63,755 nucleotides of DNA from Candidatus Zambryskiibacteriota bacterium (GCA_009694965.1 SIBV01000001.1:1-63755); one strand, 5' to 3'; positions 43,430 through 53,070 are shown, counted from the first letter of the stretch. Notes: generated by a model not told the origin, from the letters alone. Program-made: numbers and translations.

Positions 43430-45253
43430 TTCACTAATGAACACATCATACCACAGTGACAAAACTAGAAGCGCATATATTTTCCTAGAATTGTCGACCT
43501 TTTTTGCCACGTGTCTATCTATTAAATTTTTAATAAAGTCTAGATTCATATTATTTTGAATGTATTCATTTTTCAAGATAATATCGTAGATGTCTTGCTT
43601 CTCGGTTGTGAACCAATCCTTAACTGGAGTTGGGAAACCCAGTTTCTTACGATTCCTAGTAGATTCAGGAATAACTTTATTGAAAGCCTCTCTCAGAAGA
43701 TACTTAGTGATACCATTCTTCCACTTGAAACTGTCTGGAAGAGTCGCTGCGAGCTTTGCGACCTCGATATCAAGGAAAGGTACACGTAATTCAAGTGAAT
43801 TCGCCATTGTCATTTTATCTGCTTTTGCCAATATGTCACCGACTAACCATGTATGAATATCAATATATTGCATCTTGGTTGAATCACTTAGACCTAAGAC
43901 ATTTTTATACAAAGGATCAAGAGAAAGTAGTCTTTGTTTTCTTCCTTTCCACAAAGCCTCTATTTCGTCGCGTTTGAACAAATTTGCGTTGCCTATGTAC
44001 CACTCCTCTAGTTGTTCGTAAACGCGCCTTATATAATTCTTACCAAAAAACGCAAAAGGTAAACTGAGAAACATTTTCAAAATTTCCCTCGGAACCCAAA
44101 TCATTTTCATCCGAGCCATAGGTGCCAGATAAATATTGTATCCCCCAAAAAGTTCGTCGGAACCCTCACCTGAAAGCACGACTTTTACATGCTTTCGCGC
44201 TTCTCTCGCCACAAAATACAGTCCTATTGCGCTCGGATCTGCTACAGGCTCATCAAAGTGATAAACTGCCTTTTTTAAATTGTCGAAATACTCATCAGGA
44301 CCAATCATTATCTCAGTGTGATCAGTTCCGAGAAAACTAGAGGTTTCCTTTGCTTCATTTCTCTCAGTCAAAGTGTTGAAGCCTACCGTAAAAGTTTTAA
44401 TCTTTTTCTCCCCACGAACTTTCTGCATGAGCGTTGTGATAATACTGCTGTCTATTCCACCAGATAGAAACGCGCCGATAGGAACATCCGCAATCATATG
44501 GTGCGAAACAGAATCCTTGATAGTCTCAAATATTTTTTCCTTTGTTTGATTTTCATCCAAATTATTATTCTGAGCGAATTCGAAAGCCCAATACTTTTGA
44601 ATAATCGTTTGTCTGGTAACCAAATTAATTCTCATGTAGTGAGCAGGTGGCAGTTTATATACGTTTTTGAAAAAAGTTTCAGTTAAAGGGTTATACTGAA
44701 AAGATAGAAAGTTCACAACAGCTGCGTCGTTTATTTCTTTTTTGAAACCAGGAAACGACATGAAGCTTTTTATCTCAGATGAAAAAGCAACAATCTCTTC
44801 GTTTTGGATCAAATAATAAAGAGGTTTTATTCCAAAGAAGTCTCTTGCGATAAAGACTTCTTTTGTTTCTGTATTGTAAATACAAAAAGCAAACATACCA
44901 CGAAGTCGAAGTAGCATTTTCTCTCCATACATTTCAAACATATGAAGAACAACTTCTGTATCAGAATGAGTTTTAAACTTTACTCCCTTTTCTACAAGTT
45001 CAGATCTTAATTCTTTATAATTATATATTTCTCCATTGAAAAATATTAATTTTTTTTCATCACTAGAAGTTACAGGTTGCCTGCCTGTTTCTAGATCAAT
45101 AATAGCTAGTCGCCTCATACCTAGCCCCACAAATTTATCTACATAAAAACCGTCATCGTCTGGCCCACGATGAGTAATTCTGGAGACCATATCCCCTATC
45201 AGGAGCTCTTTATTCTCAATATTAGGGCTTAAAACCCCAGTAATTCCACACAT
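43412..45253 (-). CDS. asparagine synthase (glutamine-hydrolysing)-family amidotransferase
   Basis: MCGITGV N-terminal nucleophile Cys; PP-loop-like SGGIDSS. Confidence 0.85.
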   Translation of the reverse strand: MCGITGVLSPNIENKELLIGDMVSRITHRGPDDDGFYVDKFVGLGMRRLAIIDLETGRQPVTSSDEKKLIFFNGEIYNYKELRSELVEKGVKFKTHSDTEVVLHMFEMYGEKMLLRLRGMFAFCIYNTETKEVFIARDFFGIKPLYYLIQNEEIVAFSSEIKSFMSFPGFKKEINDAAVVNFLSFQYNPLTETFFKNVYKLPPAHYMRINLVTRQTIIQKYWAFEFAQNNNLDENQTKEKIFETIKDSVSHHMIADVPIGAFLSGGIDSSIITTLMQKVRGEKKIKTFTVGFNTLTERNEAKETSSFLGTDHTEIMIGPDEYFDNLKKAVYHFDEPVADPSAIGLYFVAREARKHVKVVLSGEGSDELFGGYNIYLAPMARMKMIWVPREILKMFLSLPFAFFGKNYIRRVYEQLEEWYIGNANLFKRDEIEALWKGRKQRLLSLDPLYKNVLGLSDSTKMQYIDIHTWLVGDILAKADKMTMANSLELRVPFLDIEVAKLAATLPDSFKWKNGITKYLLREAFNKVIPESTRNRKKLGFPTPVKDWFTTEKQDIYDIILKNEYIQNNMNLDFIKNLIDRHVAKKVDNSRKIYALLVLSLWYDVFISEKSIKL

Positions 45254-45268
45254 ACACCCAAGTTTACA

Positions 45269-46216
45269 TCATTCTCTTATATACGCCAAACTAGCCTTAA
45301 CTAGAGCTTCTACATCTTTAAATCTTCCATCAATAGTTGAACCCAAAACGACAACAACTACTGGATGTCCTATGGATGCATCAAAAGCAATTACAAGGTT
45401 TCCGCCGGCCATTTCTGTGTAGCCCGTTTTAGAAGCCATCAAACCTGGAACTTTATTTATATAAATATTGGTATTTTCTGCCCTGTGAACTTTTTCGAGA
45501 GATGAAATGTCAATAAACTCATACTTTGTTGCCTCTACCATTTCTGGACTTACTTTTAAAATATGACTCATCAGTTTTGCAACGTCTATCGCTGAGCCGT
45601 ACCCCCCACTTACTCCCCCCATGTCCAAACCACTTTCGTTTGTAAAATATGTTTGTTTTAAACCCAACTTTTTTGCTACAGCATTCATTTTTGCAATAAA
45701 GTCAGCTCTTCCTAGATTATAATCATTTGTTCTAAGATCCATCGCTCCTACAACAGACGCTATTGATCTTGCGCCGTCATTCGACGAAACAAGTAATGAG
45801 AAATCCAAAAGCTTTGCCAATGTCCACGATTCATCCGCTAATAACCCCGTGTCGCCTTCGGCAGAGAGAAATTCTTTTTTTATTGTTACTCTAGAATTTC
45901 TCGGAATAAGTTCCACTGCAGTGAGAGCCATCATAAGTTTCGTAATGGATGCTAAAGGAAATTGTGCGAATTCATTTTTTTTGAAAAGAACTTTGCTTTC
46001 TCTCACATCATATACATAAGCCGATTTTGCCTCTAAATTTATATTGTTGAAAGCGGTGGATTCACTATTTTTTTCGGAAACGATTTTTTTCGCTTCTTTT
46101 TTCTCAATGGAGGAATTTATTACAAAAAGCATTACAACTATCAGAAAAACAACTACCGCGTTAAATGCGAAAAGTCTTTTGGATATTATATCTGTCTGTA
46201 TTTCACTAGTCTCCAT
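45269..46216 (-). CDS. D-alanyl-D-alanine carboxypeptidase (S11, PBP5-like)
   Basis: SITK (SxxK), SSND (SxN), KTGYT (KTG) motifs; N-terminal TM. Confidence 0.8.
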   Translation of the reverse strand: METSEIQTDIISKRLFAFNAVVVFLIVVMLFVINSSIEKKEAKKIVSEKNSESTAFNNINLEAKSAYVYDVRESKVLFKKNEFAQFPLASITKLMMALTAVELIPRNSRVTIKKEFLSAEGDTGLLADESWTLAKLLDFSLLVSSNDGARSIASVVGAMDLRTNDYNLGRADFIAKMNAVAKKLGLKQTYFTNESGLDMGGVSGGYGSAIDVAKLMSHILKVSPEMVEATKYEFIDISSLEKVHRAENTNIYINKVPGLMASKTGYTEMAGGNLVIAFDASIGHPVVVVVLGSTIDGRFKDVEALVKASLAYIRE

Positions 46217-46805
46217 TGGCGTCTCTTGTGTCCTCTATCACGTCTTTTTCCTCTTCTGTCTCTTCTATTACTTCCAATTGCTTCTGGACTTCCTTGTACT
46301 CAGGTAAATCTGAAATGTTGCCGAGCCCCAGAAACCTCAACGTTTCAGTTGTAATACTATACACTATGACCCTCTCTAGAGTCTCACTTCCTTTTTTTTC
46401 AACTAAACCACGTAAAAGCAGATTTCTCAGTGCGTATTGAGAGTTTACTCCTCTTATGTACTCTATTTCCTTTTTACTTACTGGACCTTTGTATGCCACA
46501 ATAGCCAGTGTTTCTATTCCAGCTCTTCCTAAGTCTCTTTCTCTCTCCTCTTTTATAATCTTTTCTATGAGACCTCCGAGCTCTGGAGACGTTACGAGAG
46601 ACACCTCATCGTTATGTCTAACAATTTTTATACCTCTATTTGAAAGTGAAGCCTCTATTTCGTTAATAGCATCCACGATATCTTCCCTTGGAACTTCAAG
46701 AGTTTTTACTAGAAATTTAATCTCCACAGGCTCAGCCAAGTAGAAAAGAATCGCCTCCACCCGCACACTAAGATTGCTATTGTTTTTTATATTCTGCTCA
46801 AGCAT
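46206..46805 (-). CDS. scpB: segregation and condensation protein B
   Basis: VEAILFYLAEPVEIKFL..., two winged-helix repeats; first about 15 codons are encoded by repeat C2, so a GTG start near 46763 is possible. Confidence 0.85.
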   Translation of the reverse strand: MLEQNIKNNSNLSVRVEAILFYLAEPVEIKFLVKTLEVPREDIVDAINEIEASLSNRGIKIVRHNDEVSLVTSPELGGLIEKIIKEERERDLGRAGIETLAIVAYKGPVSKKEIEYIRGVNSQYALRNLLLRGLVEKKGSETLERVIVYSITTETLRFLGLGNISDLPEYKEVQKQLEVIEETEEEKDVIEDTRDANGD

Positions 46806-46894
46806 AAAGATTTAAGTAAATTTTATTGAAAATGTTTTACTATGACTGATTTTATTTTGAAAAAACAGAATGATAGCAACCTTAGTGTGCGGGT
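46759..46894 (+). mobile_element. family C MITE-like palindromic element, copy C2 (spans the scpB start)
   Basis: ACCCGCACACTAAGATTGCTATTG... and ...AATGATAGCAACCTTAGTGTGCGGGT; 136 nt. Confidence 0.8.
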
Positions 46895-46924
46895 CTATTT
46901 TTTTTGTTAATTCATTCTGCATTT

Positions 46925-46954
46925 ACTTTATAGACTTTATGGACTTTACGAACT
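46925..46954. repeat. family F word repeat, copy F5
   Basis: ACTTTATAGACTTTATGGACTTTACGAACT. Confidence 0.65.
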
Positions 46955-46960
46955 AGAAAA

Positions 46961-47689
46961 TCAATATCTAGGAACGCCTATTGATTGATTCTCCATTTCT
47001 ATGTCATGGAAATCTCTATCCTGTCTCACTTGAATAATTCCCTGTTTGACCAATTCTAACATAGCAAGAAAACTTACTATAACATTTACTTTGTCAGCCT
47101 TACCAATACCCGAAAAATCTTTGAAACTCATTTTCATACTTTCTGTTATTCTTCTTGTTAAACTTTCTATTGTTTCATCTAGAGAAATAACTTTTTGGAC
47201 TATAGCTTTTGGCACAAACTCTTTTTTTGGGATTTGTTTTATTACAGCTTGTATGGTTTCGTGGAGTCCATCTACTGAGGTATTTTTGTCAGGAGTAAAA
47301 ACAACAATCTTTTCTTTTTCTGGTAACCTGAGATACTCTACGTTTATACCGAAACGTTCTTTCAGATGAAGACTCAAAGCTTTGTACTTTTGATATTGTT
47401 TTAATCTGTCTTCCAAGTCATCAATAGTGGACTCTTCTTCCTCTGAAAGAGATAGATTTGGTAGTAGAGACTTCGATTTTATCAGAACAAGAGTTGAGGC
47501 AATCAGAATAAAGTGTGCTGAGTCAGCAATTGGGAAATCGGAAAGTGATTTTATATAAGCGATATAATCATCAGCAACTTGTGCCAAGGAAATATCATTT
47601 ATAAAAAGTTTCCGCTTTTCGATAAGAGAAAGCAGAGTATCAAGTGGACCCTCAAAAATATGAGTTTTAACATTGTAAGAACTATCCAT
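46961..47689 (-). CDS. scpA: segregation and condensation protein A
   Basis: ...FEGPLDTLLSLIEKRKLFINDISLAQVADDY... kleisin N-terminus. Confidence 0.85.
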   Translation of the reverse strand: MDSSYNVKTHIFEGPLDTLLSLIEKRKLFINDISLAQVADDYIAYIKSLSDFPIADSAHFILIASTLVLIKSKSLLPNLSLSEEEESTIDDLEDRLKQYQKYKALSLHLKERFGINVEYLRLPEKEKIVVFTPDKNTSVDGLHETIQAVIKQIPKKEFVPKAIVQKVISLDETIESLTRRITESMKMSFKDFSGIGKADKVNVIVSFLAMLELVKQGIIQVRQDRDFHDIEMENQSIGVPRY

Positions 47690-47706
47690 TTAATTGGTAT
47701 TTAAAC

Positions 47707-49152
47707 TTAACTACTTTTCTTTATGTTTATCCCCAATTCTAAAAGCTGCATTTCTGAAATTTCAGACGGCGAATCCATCATAAGGTCCTTTCCTTCTCCA
47801 GTTTTAGCAAAAGGAATAACTTCACGAATATTCGGCTCATTTTGTAAAAGCATAATCAATCTATCTAGTCCCCATGCGATTCCTCCGTGAGGTGGAGTAC
47901 CAAGTGAAAATGCTGCCATCATGTGTCCAAAGTTTTTTTGGATTCCCTCCAAACTATGTCCCATAATCTCGAATACTTTTTCCAAGGCTTTAGGATTATG
48001 ATTTCTAATACTTCCTCCCCCAATTTCCATTCCGTTTAAGGCCACATCGTATTGTGAAGTAAGAATTCCTCCAATATTTTCCTTGTTCATTAACCATTCT
48101 AGGTGTTCAGGCTTTGGCCTTGAAAAAGGATTGTGCGTAAATGTCCATGCTCCAGTATCTGTTTTTTCAAAGAATGGAAAATCAATAACCCAGCAAAAAG
48201 CCAAAAGATTTGGGTCTTCTTTGTTTTCTCTAACATCAGGCTTATCGGAATTATACTTTTCCATTGCTTCCTGATAAGTAAATCTAGGAAAAGGAATTTG
48301 TTGAATTTTCTTTTCTGGGTATAGTTTTGTAACCAAATCTATAAGCAACTTTTCGTTCAACTCTATAACATCTTCTCTTTTCACAAAACTCATTTCAAGG
48401 TCTAACTGAGTAAATTCTGGTTGTCTATCCCCTCTTGTATCTTCATCTCGCATACATCGAGCAATTTGGAAATACTTTTCCACCCCTCCTGTCATTAAAA
48501 GTTGTTTGTATTGCTGCGGGGATTGCGGAAGCGCATAAAACTTTCCAGGATAAAGTCTAGCAGGAACTACGTAGTCTCTTGAGCCTTCAGGGGTGGATTT
48601 TGTAAGTATAGGTGTCTCTACCTCGATAAAACTTTCTGTATCAAGAAAATCTCTAATAAATTTTATTACCTTGTGTCGATTGCGAATATTTTTCTGCATT
48701 CTGTCTGAACGCAAATCAACATACCTATATTTCAATCTTACTTCTTCATTTATTTCTCTTGTATCTCCTCCAATATCAAAAGGGATTGTGTATGATTTAT
48801 TCAAAACTTCAACATGCAAAATCTCAAGTTCAATATCTCCGTTTAAAACTCCAGCTTTAACATTTCTCTCCGGTCTTTTGTTTACTAAACCTTTAACTGA
48901 TAATACCCATTCAGTTCTAACGTCCTTTACTTGTTCAATCGCTTCAGGATGATTCGGTAAAACAACACATTGAACCTTGCCAGTCATATCTCGCATATCC
49001 ATAAAAACCATCTTTCCTTGGTCTCGACGGACATCCACCCAGCCAGATATCGTAATTTCTTCGCCAATATGGCCGCTCAAATCCTTTATATACACCCGCA
49101 CACCAATTTTGCCGTTGCTTTTACTGTCCTGTTTTGAAATAATTTCAGTCAT
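47707..49152 (-). CDS. aspS: aspartate--tRNA ligase, bacterial-type core without the GAD insertion
   Basis: LPQSPQQYKQLLM, CMRDEDTRGDRQPEFTQLDLEMSF, GGGSIR; DKPDVRENKEDPNLLAFCWVIDFPFFE where bacterial enzymes carry the GAD domain; first about 20 codons lie in repeat C3. Confidence 0.92.
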   Translation of the reverse strand: MTEIISKQDSKSNGKIGVRVYIKDLSGHIGEEITISGWVDVRRDQGKMVFMDMRDMTGKVQCVVLPNHPEAIEQVKDVRTEWVLSVKGLVNKRPERNVKAGVLNGDIELEILHVEVLNKSYTIPFDIGGDTREINEEVRLKYRYVDLRSDRMQKNIRNRHKVIKFIRDFLDTESFIEVETPILTKSTPEGSRDYVVPARLYPGKFYALPQSPQQYKQLLMTGGVEKYFQIARCMRDEDTRGDRQPEFTQLDLEMSFVKREDVIELNEKLLIDLVTKLYPEKKIQQIPFPRFTYQEAMEKYNSDKPDVRENKEDPNLLAFCWVIDFPFFEKTDTGAWTFTHNPFSRPKPEHLEWLMNKENIGGILTSQYDVALNGMEIGGGSIRNHNPKALEKVFEIMGHSLEGIQKNFGHMMAAFSLGTPPHGGIAWGLDRLIMLLQNEPNIREVIPFAKTGEGKDLMMDSPSEISEMQLLELGINIKKSS

Positions 49153-49229
49153 AATAATTTTATCAAATAATAAATTTTGTTGTTAGTTTTATTGAAAAAG
49201 CAGGATGACGGCAAACTTGGTGTTCGGGT
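49094..49229 (+). mobile_element. family C MITE-like palindromic element, copy C3 (spans the aspS start)
   Basis: ACCCGCACACCAATTTTGCCGTTGC... and ...GATGACGGCAAACTTGGTGTTCGGGT; 136 nt. Confidence 0.8.
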
Positions 49230-49377
49230 AAAGTTCGTTTACCGATTTTAAAATTCTAACACATTTATTATTTCAAACCAAACTAAGTATCACAATCATG
49301 TAGCCTAATAAGTATTGCTAACTAGCATCACTATAATCAACCTTATTCAATCTATCCTGTCTATTCCGTCAATTCCA

Positions 49378-49417
49378 TACTACACTAACTTCTACGACCG
49401 TAGAAGTTAGTGTAGTA
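49378..49417. repeat. perfect 18-bp-stem palindrome with GTAG-type heads
   Basis: TACTACACTAACTTCTAC-GACC-GTAGAAGTTAGTGTAGTA. Confidence 0.85.
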
Positions 49418-49487
49418 AAAGTTTTTAGTTAGTACTAGTAAAAAATTTACTGTAAACCGAATTCTTTTCGAATTTTTACATCATTTT

Positions 49488-49593
49488 CAAATTTAGATGA
49501 AATTCAAGGCGGATGAGGAAAATATAACGAGCCTTATAAGTATAAGGTGAGGATTATTTTACCGAAATCCAACAAAGAAGTTCGCTAAATTTG
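49488..49593 (+). ncRNA. family E long hairpin with k-turn-like apex, copy E2
   Basis: CAAATTTAG (49488-49496) pairs with CTAAATTTG (49585-49593); apex GGATGAGG...GCCTTAT-AAGT-ATAAGG-TGAGGA matches E1. Confidence 0.5.
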
Positions 49594-49598
49594 GATGT

Positions 49599-50585
49599 TT
49601 AATACAATTTAACTCCTATTGCTTCTCGTACCTCCTCCATCTTCTTCTCTGCCTTCATTTTCGCTCGTTTACCCCCTTCTTTCAAAACATCCATGACAAA
49701 CTCAATATCATTCTCCAATAATTTTCTTTTTTCTCGTAATGGTGCGATAAACGCATCTATATTTTTTATTAATAACTCTTTGGATTCTTTGTGACTCATT
49801 CCACCCTTTTCGTACTTCTCTCTCAAATTAAATAGTTCGTCGCTTTTTGAAAAAAGTTTATGGAGTTTGAAAACATTATCTTCCTCTGGATTTCTCTCTG
49901 CATCAACTGGTAGTGAGTCTGTCGGGATAGACATTACGGCCTTAGTAATTTCATCGAGTGTCGCAAACAGCGGAATAGTATTTCCATAACTCTTACTCAT
50001 CTTCCTGCCATCCGTACCTGGGACCACAGCTACTTCATCGAGGATTTTCGCCTCAGGAAGTTTGAAAACTTCTTGTCCAAATGTGTGATTAAACTTTTGG
50101 GCAGTGTCTCGAGCATATTCTACGTGTTGTTTTTGGTCTTGTCCTACTGGAACAACATCTACATCATATAAAAGAATGTCCGCAGCCATAAGCATCGGAT
50201 AGTTAAACGAACCAACACTTATCTCCTTATCCTTTGCCTCGGCATCCTTGTAAGCATGGGCTCTCATAAGATAAGGCATTGTCGTAATAGTATCGAAAAT
50301 CCACGCAAGTTCAGTGTGCTCTGATATGTCTGATTGCTTATATAAAATGGTTTTCTGTGGATCAAGACCAATTGCAAGGTAATCAATAGCGAGATCTATA
50401 ATCTTCTGTTTCATCTCCTTCCCATCTTGAATAAAATTTAGCGCATGATAATCCGCAATAAAAACCATAGACTGATGTTCATCCTGCATATCCACAAATT
50501 GCTTCATTGCTCCGAAGTAGTTACCAATATGTGGCCTTCCGGTTGGTTTTACCCCAGAAAGCGAGATTTTTTTAGACATAAGCAT
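49599..50585 (-). CDS. trpS: tryptophan--tRNA ligase
   Basis: SGVKPTGRPHIGNYFG (HIGH-like), KMSKS present. Confidence 0.93.
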   Translation of the reverse strand: MLMSKKISLSGVKPTGRPHIGNYFGAMKQFVDMQDEHQSMVFIADYHALNFIQDGKEMKQKIIDLAIDYLAIGLDPQKTILYKQSDISEHTELAWIFDTITTMPYLMRAHAYKDAEAKDKEISVGSFNYPMLMAADILLYDVDVVPVGQDQKQHVEYARDTAQKFNHTFGQEVFKLPEAKILDEVAVVPGTDGRKMSKSYGNTIPLFATLDEITKAVMSIPTDSLPVDAERNPEEDNVFKLHKLFSKSDELFNLREKYEKGGMSHKESKELLIKNIDAFIAPLREKRKLLENDIEFVMDVLKEGGKRAKMKAEKKMEEVREAIGVKLY

Positions 50586-50601
50586 ATTGTACCAAATCTC
50601 T

Positions 50602-51285
50602 TTATTTTTTCAAATATCCAATCCAGAAGTTTCGCTTATAGGAACGTCCGTTCATTCTGCTGTAACTGGTCTTTTTTTCTAAATGTAAAATTTTAAAATA
50701 ATTTGAATAAGTAGAAATAAAATCTTCTTTACTCCAGACTCTCTCTGTCACACCCAGTTCAGGCATTACATATGTATCCTTCTCTTTTCCTGGGAAGTTT
50801 TTTACAAGATACTTGGCATTCTCGTCACCATCCTTACATAAGGCTTTAACAAAAAAATAACCTCCAGTTTTTAAAACCCGATTAGTTTCAGACAAGTAAA
50901 TTTCTCTCTCTTCTTCTGTTAATGAATTCGATGAGGTCACATCTAGCACAAGATCAACTGAATTATCTTCTAGCGGAAACTTTTCTCCAATACTTTGCTT
51001 AACATATTTTATATCAAGGATAGTCCTTGATATGTTAGCTTCGGCTATTTTTATTGCTATTTTTGAGATCTCCAAACCAGTGACTTTTGCACCAAGTTCT
51101 GCAAAGTAAAAACTATTTCTACCGATTCCAGAACCCAAATCAAGTACTTTGAGACTGGCTATTACAACTCCTTCTTCTTTTTTCAAAAACTGTACAAATC
51201 TAACCACATCAGATTGCGGTTTATTTTCCTTGGTCAAAAGTTTTGATTTTCTGTATTCATCATTCCAAACTTTTTCTTGTGCCAT
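50602..51285 (-). CDS. class I SAM-dependent methyltransferase
   Basis: VLDLGSGIGRNSFYF motif I. Confidence 0.7.
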   Translation of the reverse strand: MAQEKVWNDEYRKSKLLTKENKPQSDVVRFVQFLKKEEGVVIASLKVLDLGSGIGRNSFYFAELGAKVTGLEISKIAIKIAEANISRTILDIKYVKQSIGEKFPLEDNSVDLVLDVTSSNSLTEEEREIYLSETNRVLKTGGYFFVKALCKDGDENAKYLVKNFPGKEKDTYVMPELGVTERVWSKEDFISTYSNYFKILHLEKKTSYSRMNGRSYKRNFWIGYLKK

Positions 51286-51297
51286 ATGCGTGATTTT

Positions 51298-53070
51298 TTA
51301 TAAAAAGCCACCGACTTGTAAATCCCAAAGTTTCTTATACAATCCCCCATCTTTATTTGCCAATTCATCATGAGTCCCTTCTTCTACAATAGAACCATCT
51401 TCCATGGCAATAATTCTATCCATTTTTTTGACAGTTGAAAGTCTGTGGGCAATAACAATTGTTGTACAATCTTTCATTAGAGTTTCCAGTGCATCTTGAA
51501 TTAGGGACTCAGAATATGAATCGAGGCTTGATGTTGCCTCATCGAAAATAAGAATTGGTGCGCGTTTTAATATCGCCCTTGCAATAGCAATTCTCTGTCT
51601 CTCCCCGCCAGAAAGTTTAATGCCTCTTTCTCCAACAAAAGTTTCGTATTTTAAGGGAAGCTTGTCAATAAATTCATCACAATGAGCTAATTTTCCTGCT
51701 TGTATAACTTCCTCATCAGAAGCATCCCTCTTACCATAACGAATATTATCCATCAGAGTTCTGTGAAAAAGAACTGGATCCTGAGGCACAAAGCTTACAT
51801 TATGACGAAGGCTGTTTTGAGTAACTTTGCTTATATCTTGTCCATCAATGCTTATATGACCCCTTGTTACATTATAAAGTCTCATAATCAACCGAACAAA
51901 AGTGGTTTTACCTGCTCCAGAGTGACCAATAATTGCCACTTTTTCTTTAGATTTTATTGTGACACTTACTCCATTTAATACTCTGGTATTATCACTGAAA
52001 TTAAAGGAAACATTATTAAATAAAATTTCACCCCTCGGAACTTCTAAAAGTTTTGCATTGGGTTCATCCTTTATTTCATAAGGTGTGAGCAGAATATCAA
52101 CCATTTCTTTTGAATCAGCGAGACTTTGATAAACAGAACGAATTATTCTGTTTAGACCCCAAAGTTTATTTGCCAATTCAATGATATAGGTTTGAGCTAA
52201 AACAAAAGTTCCTACAGTTACCAAACCCATCTCCCAATACTTTATTGCATAGTAAAATACAAAAAACTCAACTAGGGCTATCATTAATGATTGAATTGCA
52301 TCCACCACATTTCCTAGCTGCCATGAAAATAAAGTTTTTTTGGCTTGATCATTGGAAACTTCCCTAAATCCTTCAAGTTCATAATCGTGACCTGTAAAAA
52401 ATGATACAGCGATATTATTTGTTACAGAATCTGATAAATATCCTGTTGTTTTAGAACCAGACGCAGCAGCAATTGTGTCATACTTTAATTTCCACTTAGA
52501 AAAGAAAATACTGAAAGTTACTATAGAAATAACCCACACGCATAGAATAATTGAAAGAATTGGAACGATAGACCATGCAATCCAAATCGAACCAACAACT
52601 GCAACTACTAAAGGCATCAGATTGAAAACTAAAGTATCGGTTAATACTTCATAAGAGCGGGTAAAACGACCAATTTTTTGAACGAGGCTTCCTCCAAAAT
52701 TATTGGCAAAAAAAGTATATGAGTGATTAATCATGTAGTCAAAACTATTCTGTTTTAAACGTGCCATAACGATTGACTGCATCCAACTCCAAATATATGA
52801 CCCTGTACGAAACATTAGCCACCCTAAAAGATGTAAAAGCAAAACGGCAAATATCACCTTAGTTAACAGAAGTGCAGTTAACTCATTGTCAGTAGAACTA
52901 GTAATGAGATCAAAAAACTTTTTGTAATAAAGTGGAATAAAAACATATATAATATGTGTACCAAGATATAAGAAAATGGAAGAAAAAAACATCACTTTGT
53001 TAGGCCTAGTTCCCTCCCAAAACTTTTTTATTATTTCCTTAATCGGGACATTCTTAGTAGTTTTTTCCAT
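51298..53070 (-). CDS. ABC transporter, fused permease/ATPase (MsbA-like exporter)
   Basis: Six N-terminal TM helices; GHSGAGKTT Walker A, LSGGERQRIAIARA signature, ILIFDEATS Walker B. Confidence 0.85.
   Translation of the reverse strand: MEKTTKNVPIKEIIKKFWEGTRPNKVMFFSSIFLYLGTHIIYVFIPLYYKKFFDLITSSTDNELTALLLTKVIFAVLLLHLLGWLMFRTGSYIWSWMQSIVMARLKQNSFDYMINHSYTFFANNFGGSLVQKIGRFTRSYEVLTDTLVFNLMPLVVAVVGSIWIAWSIVPILSIILCVWVISIVTFSIFFSKWKLKYDTIAAASGSKTTGYLSDSVTNNIAVSFFTGHDYELEGFREVSNDQAKKTLFSWQLGNVVDAIQSLMIALVEFFVFYYAIKYWEMGLVTVGTFVLAQTYIIELANKLWGLNRIIRSVYQSLADSKEMVDILLTPYEIKDEPNAKLLEVPRGEILFNNVSFNFSDNTRVLNGVSVTIKSKEKVAIIGHSGAGKTTFVRLIMRLYNVTRGHISIDGQDISKVTQNSLRHNVSFVPQDPVLFHRTLMDNIRYGKRDASDEEVIQAGKLAHCDEFIDKLPLKYETFVGERGIKLSGGERQRIAIARAILKRAPILIFDEATSSLDSYSESLIQDALETLMKDCTTIVIAHRLSTVKKMDRIIAMEDGSIVEEGTHDELANKDGGLYKKLWDLQVGGFL

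Noticed and set aside
49153-49598. T-box leader upstream of aspS (minus strand)
   Set aside because: I read the reverse complement of the spacer. There is no T-box sequence (..GGTGGTACCGCG-like) and no specifier-loop architecture. The k-turn-like motif belongs to E2 and is on the opposite strand.
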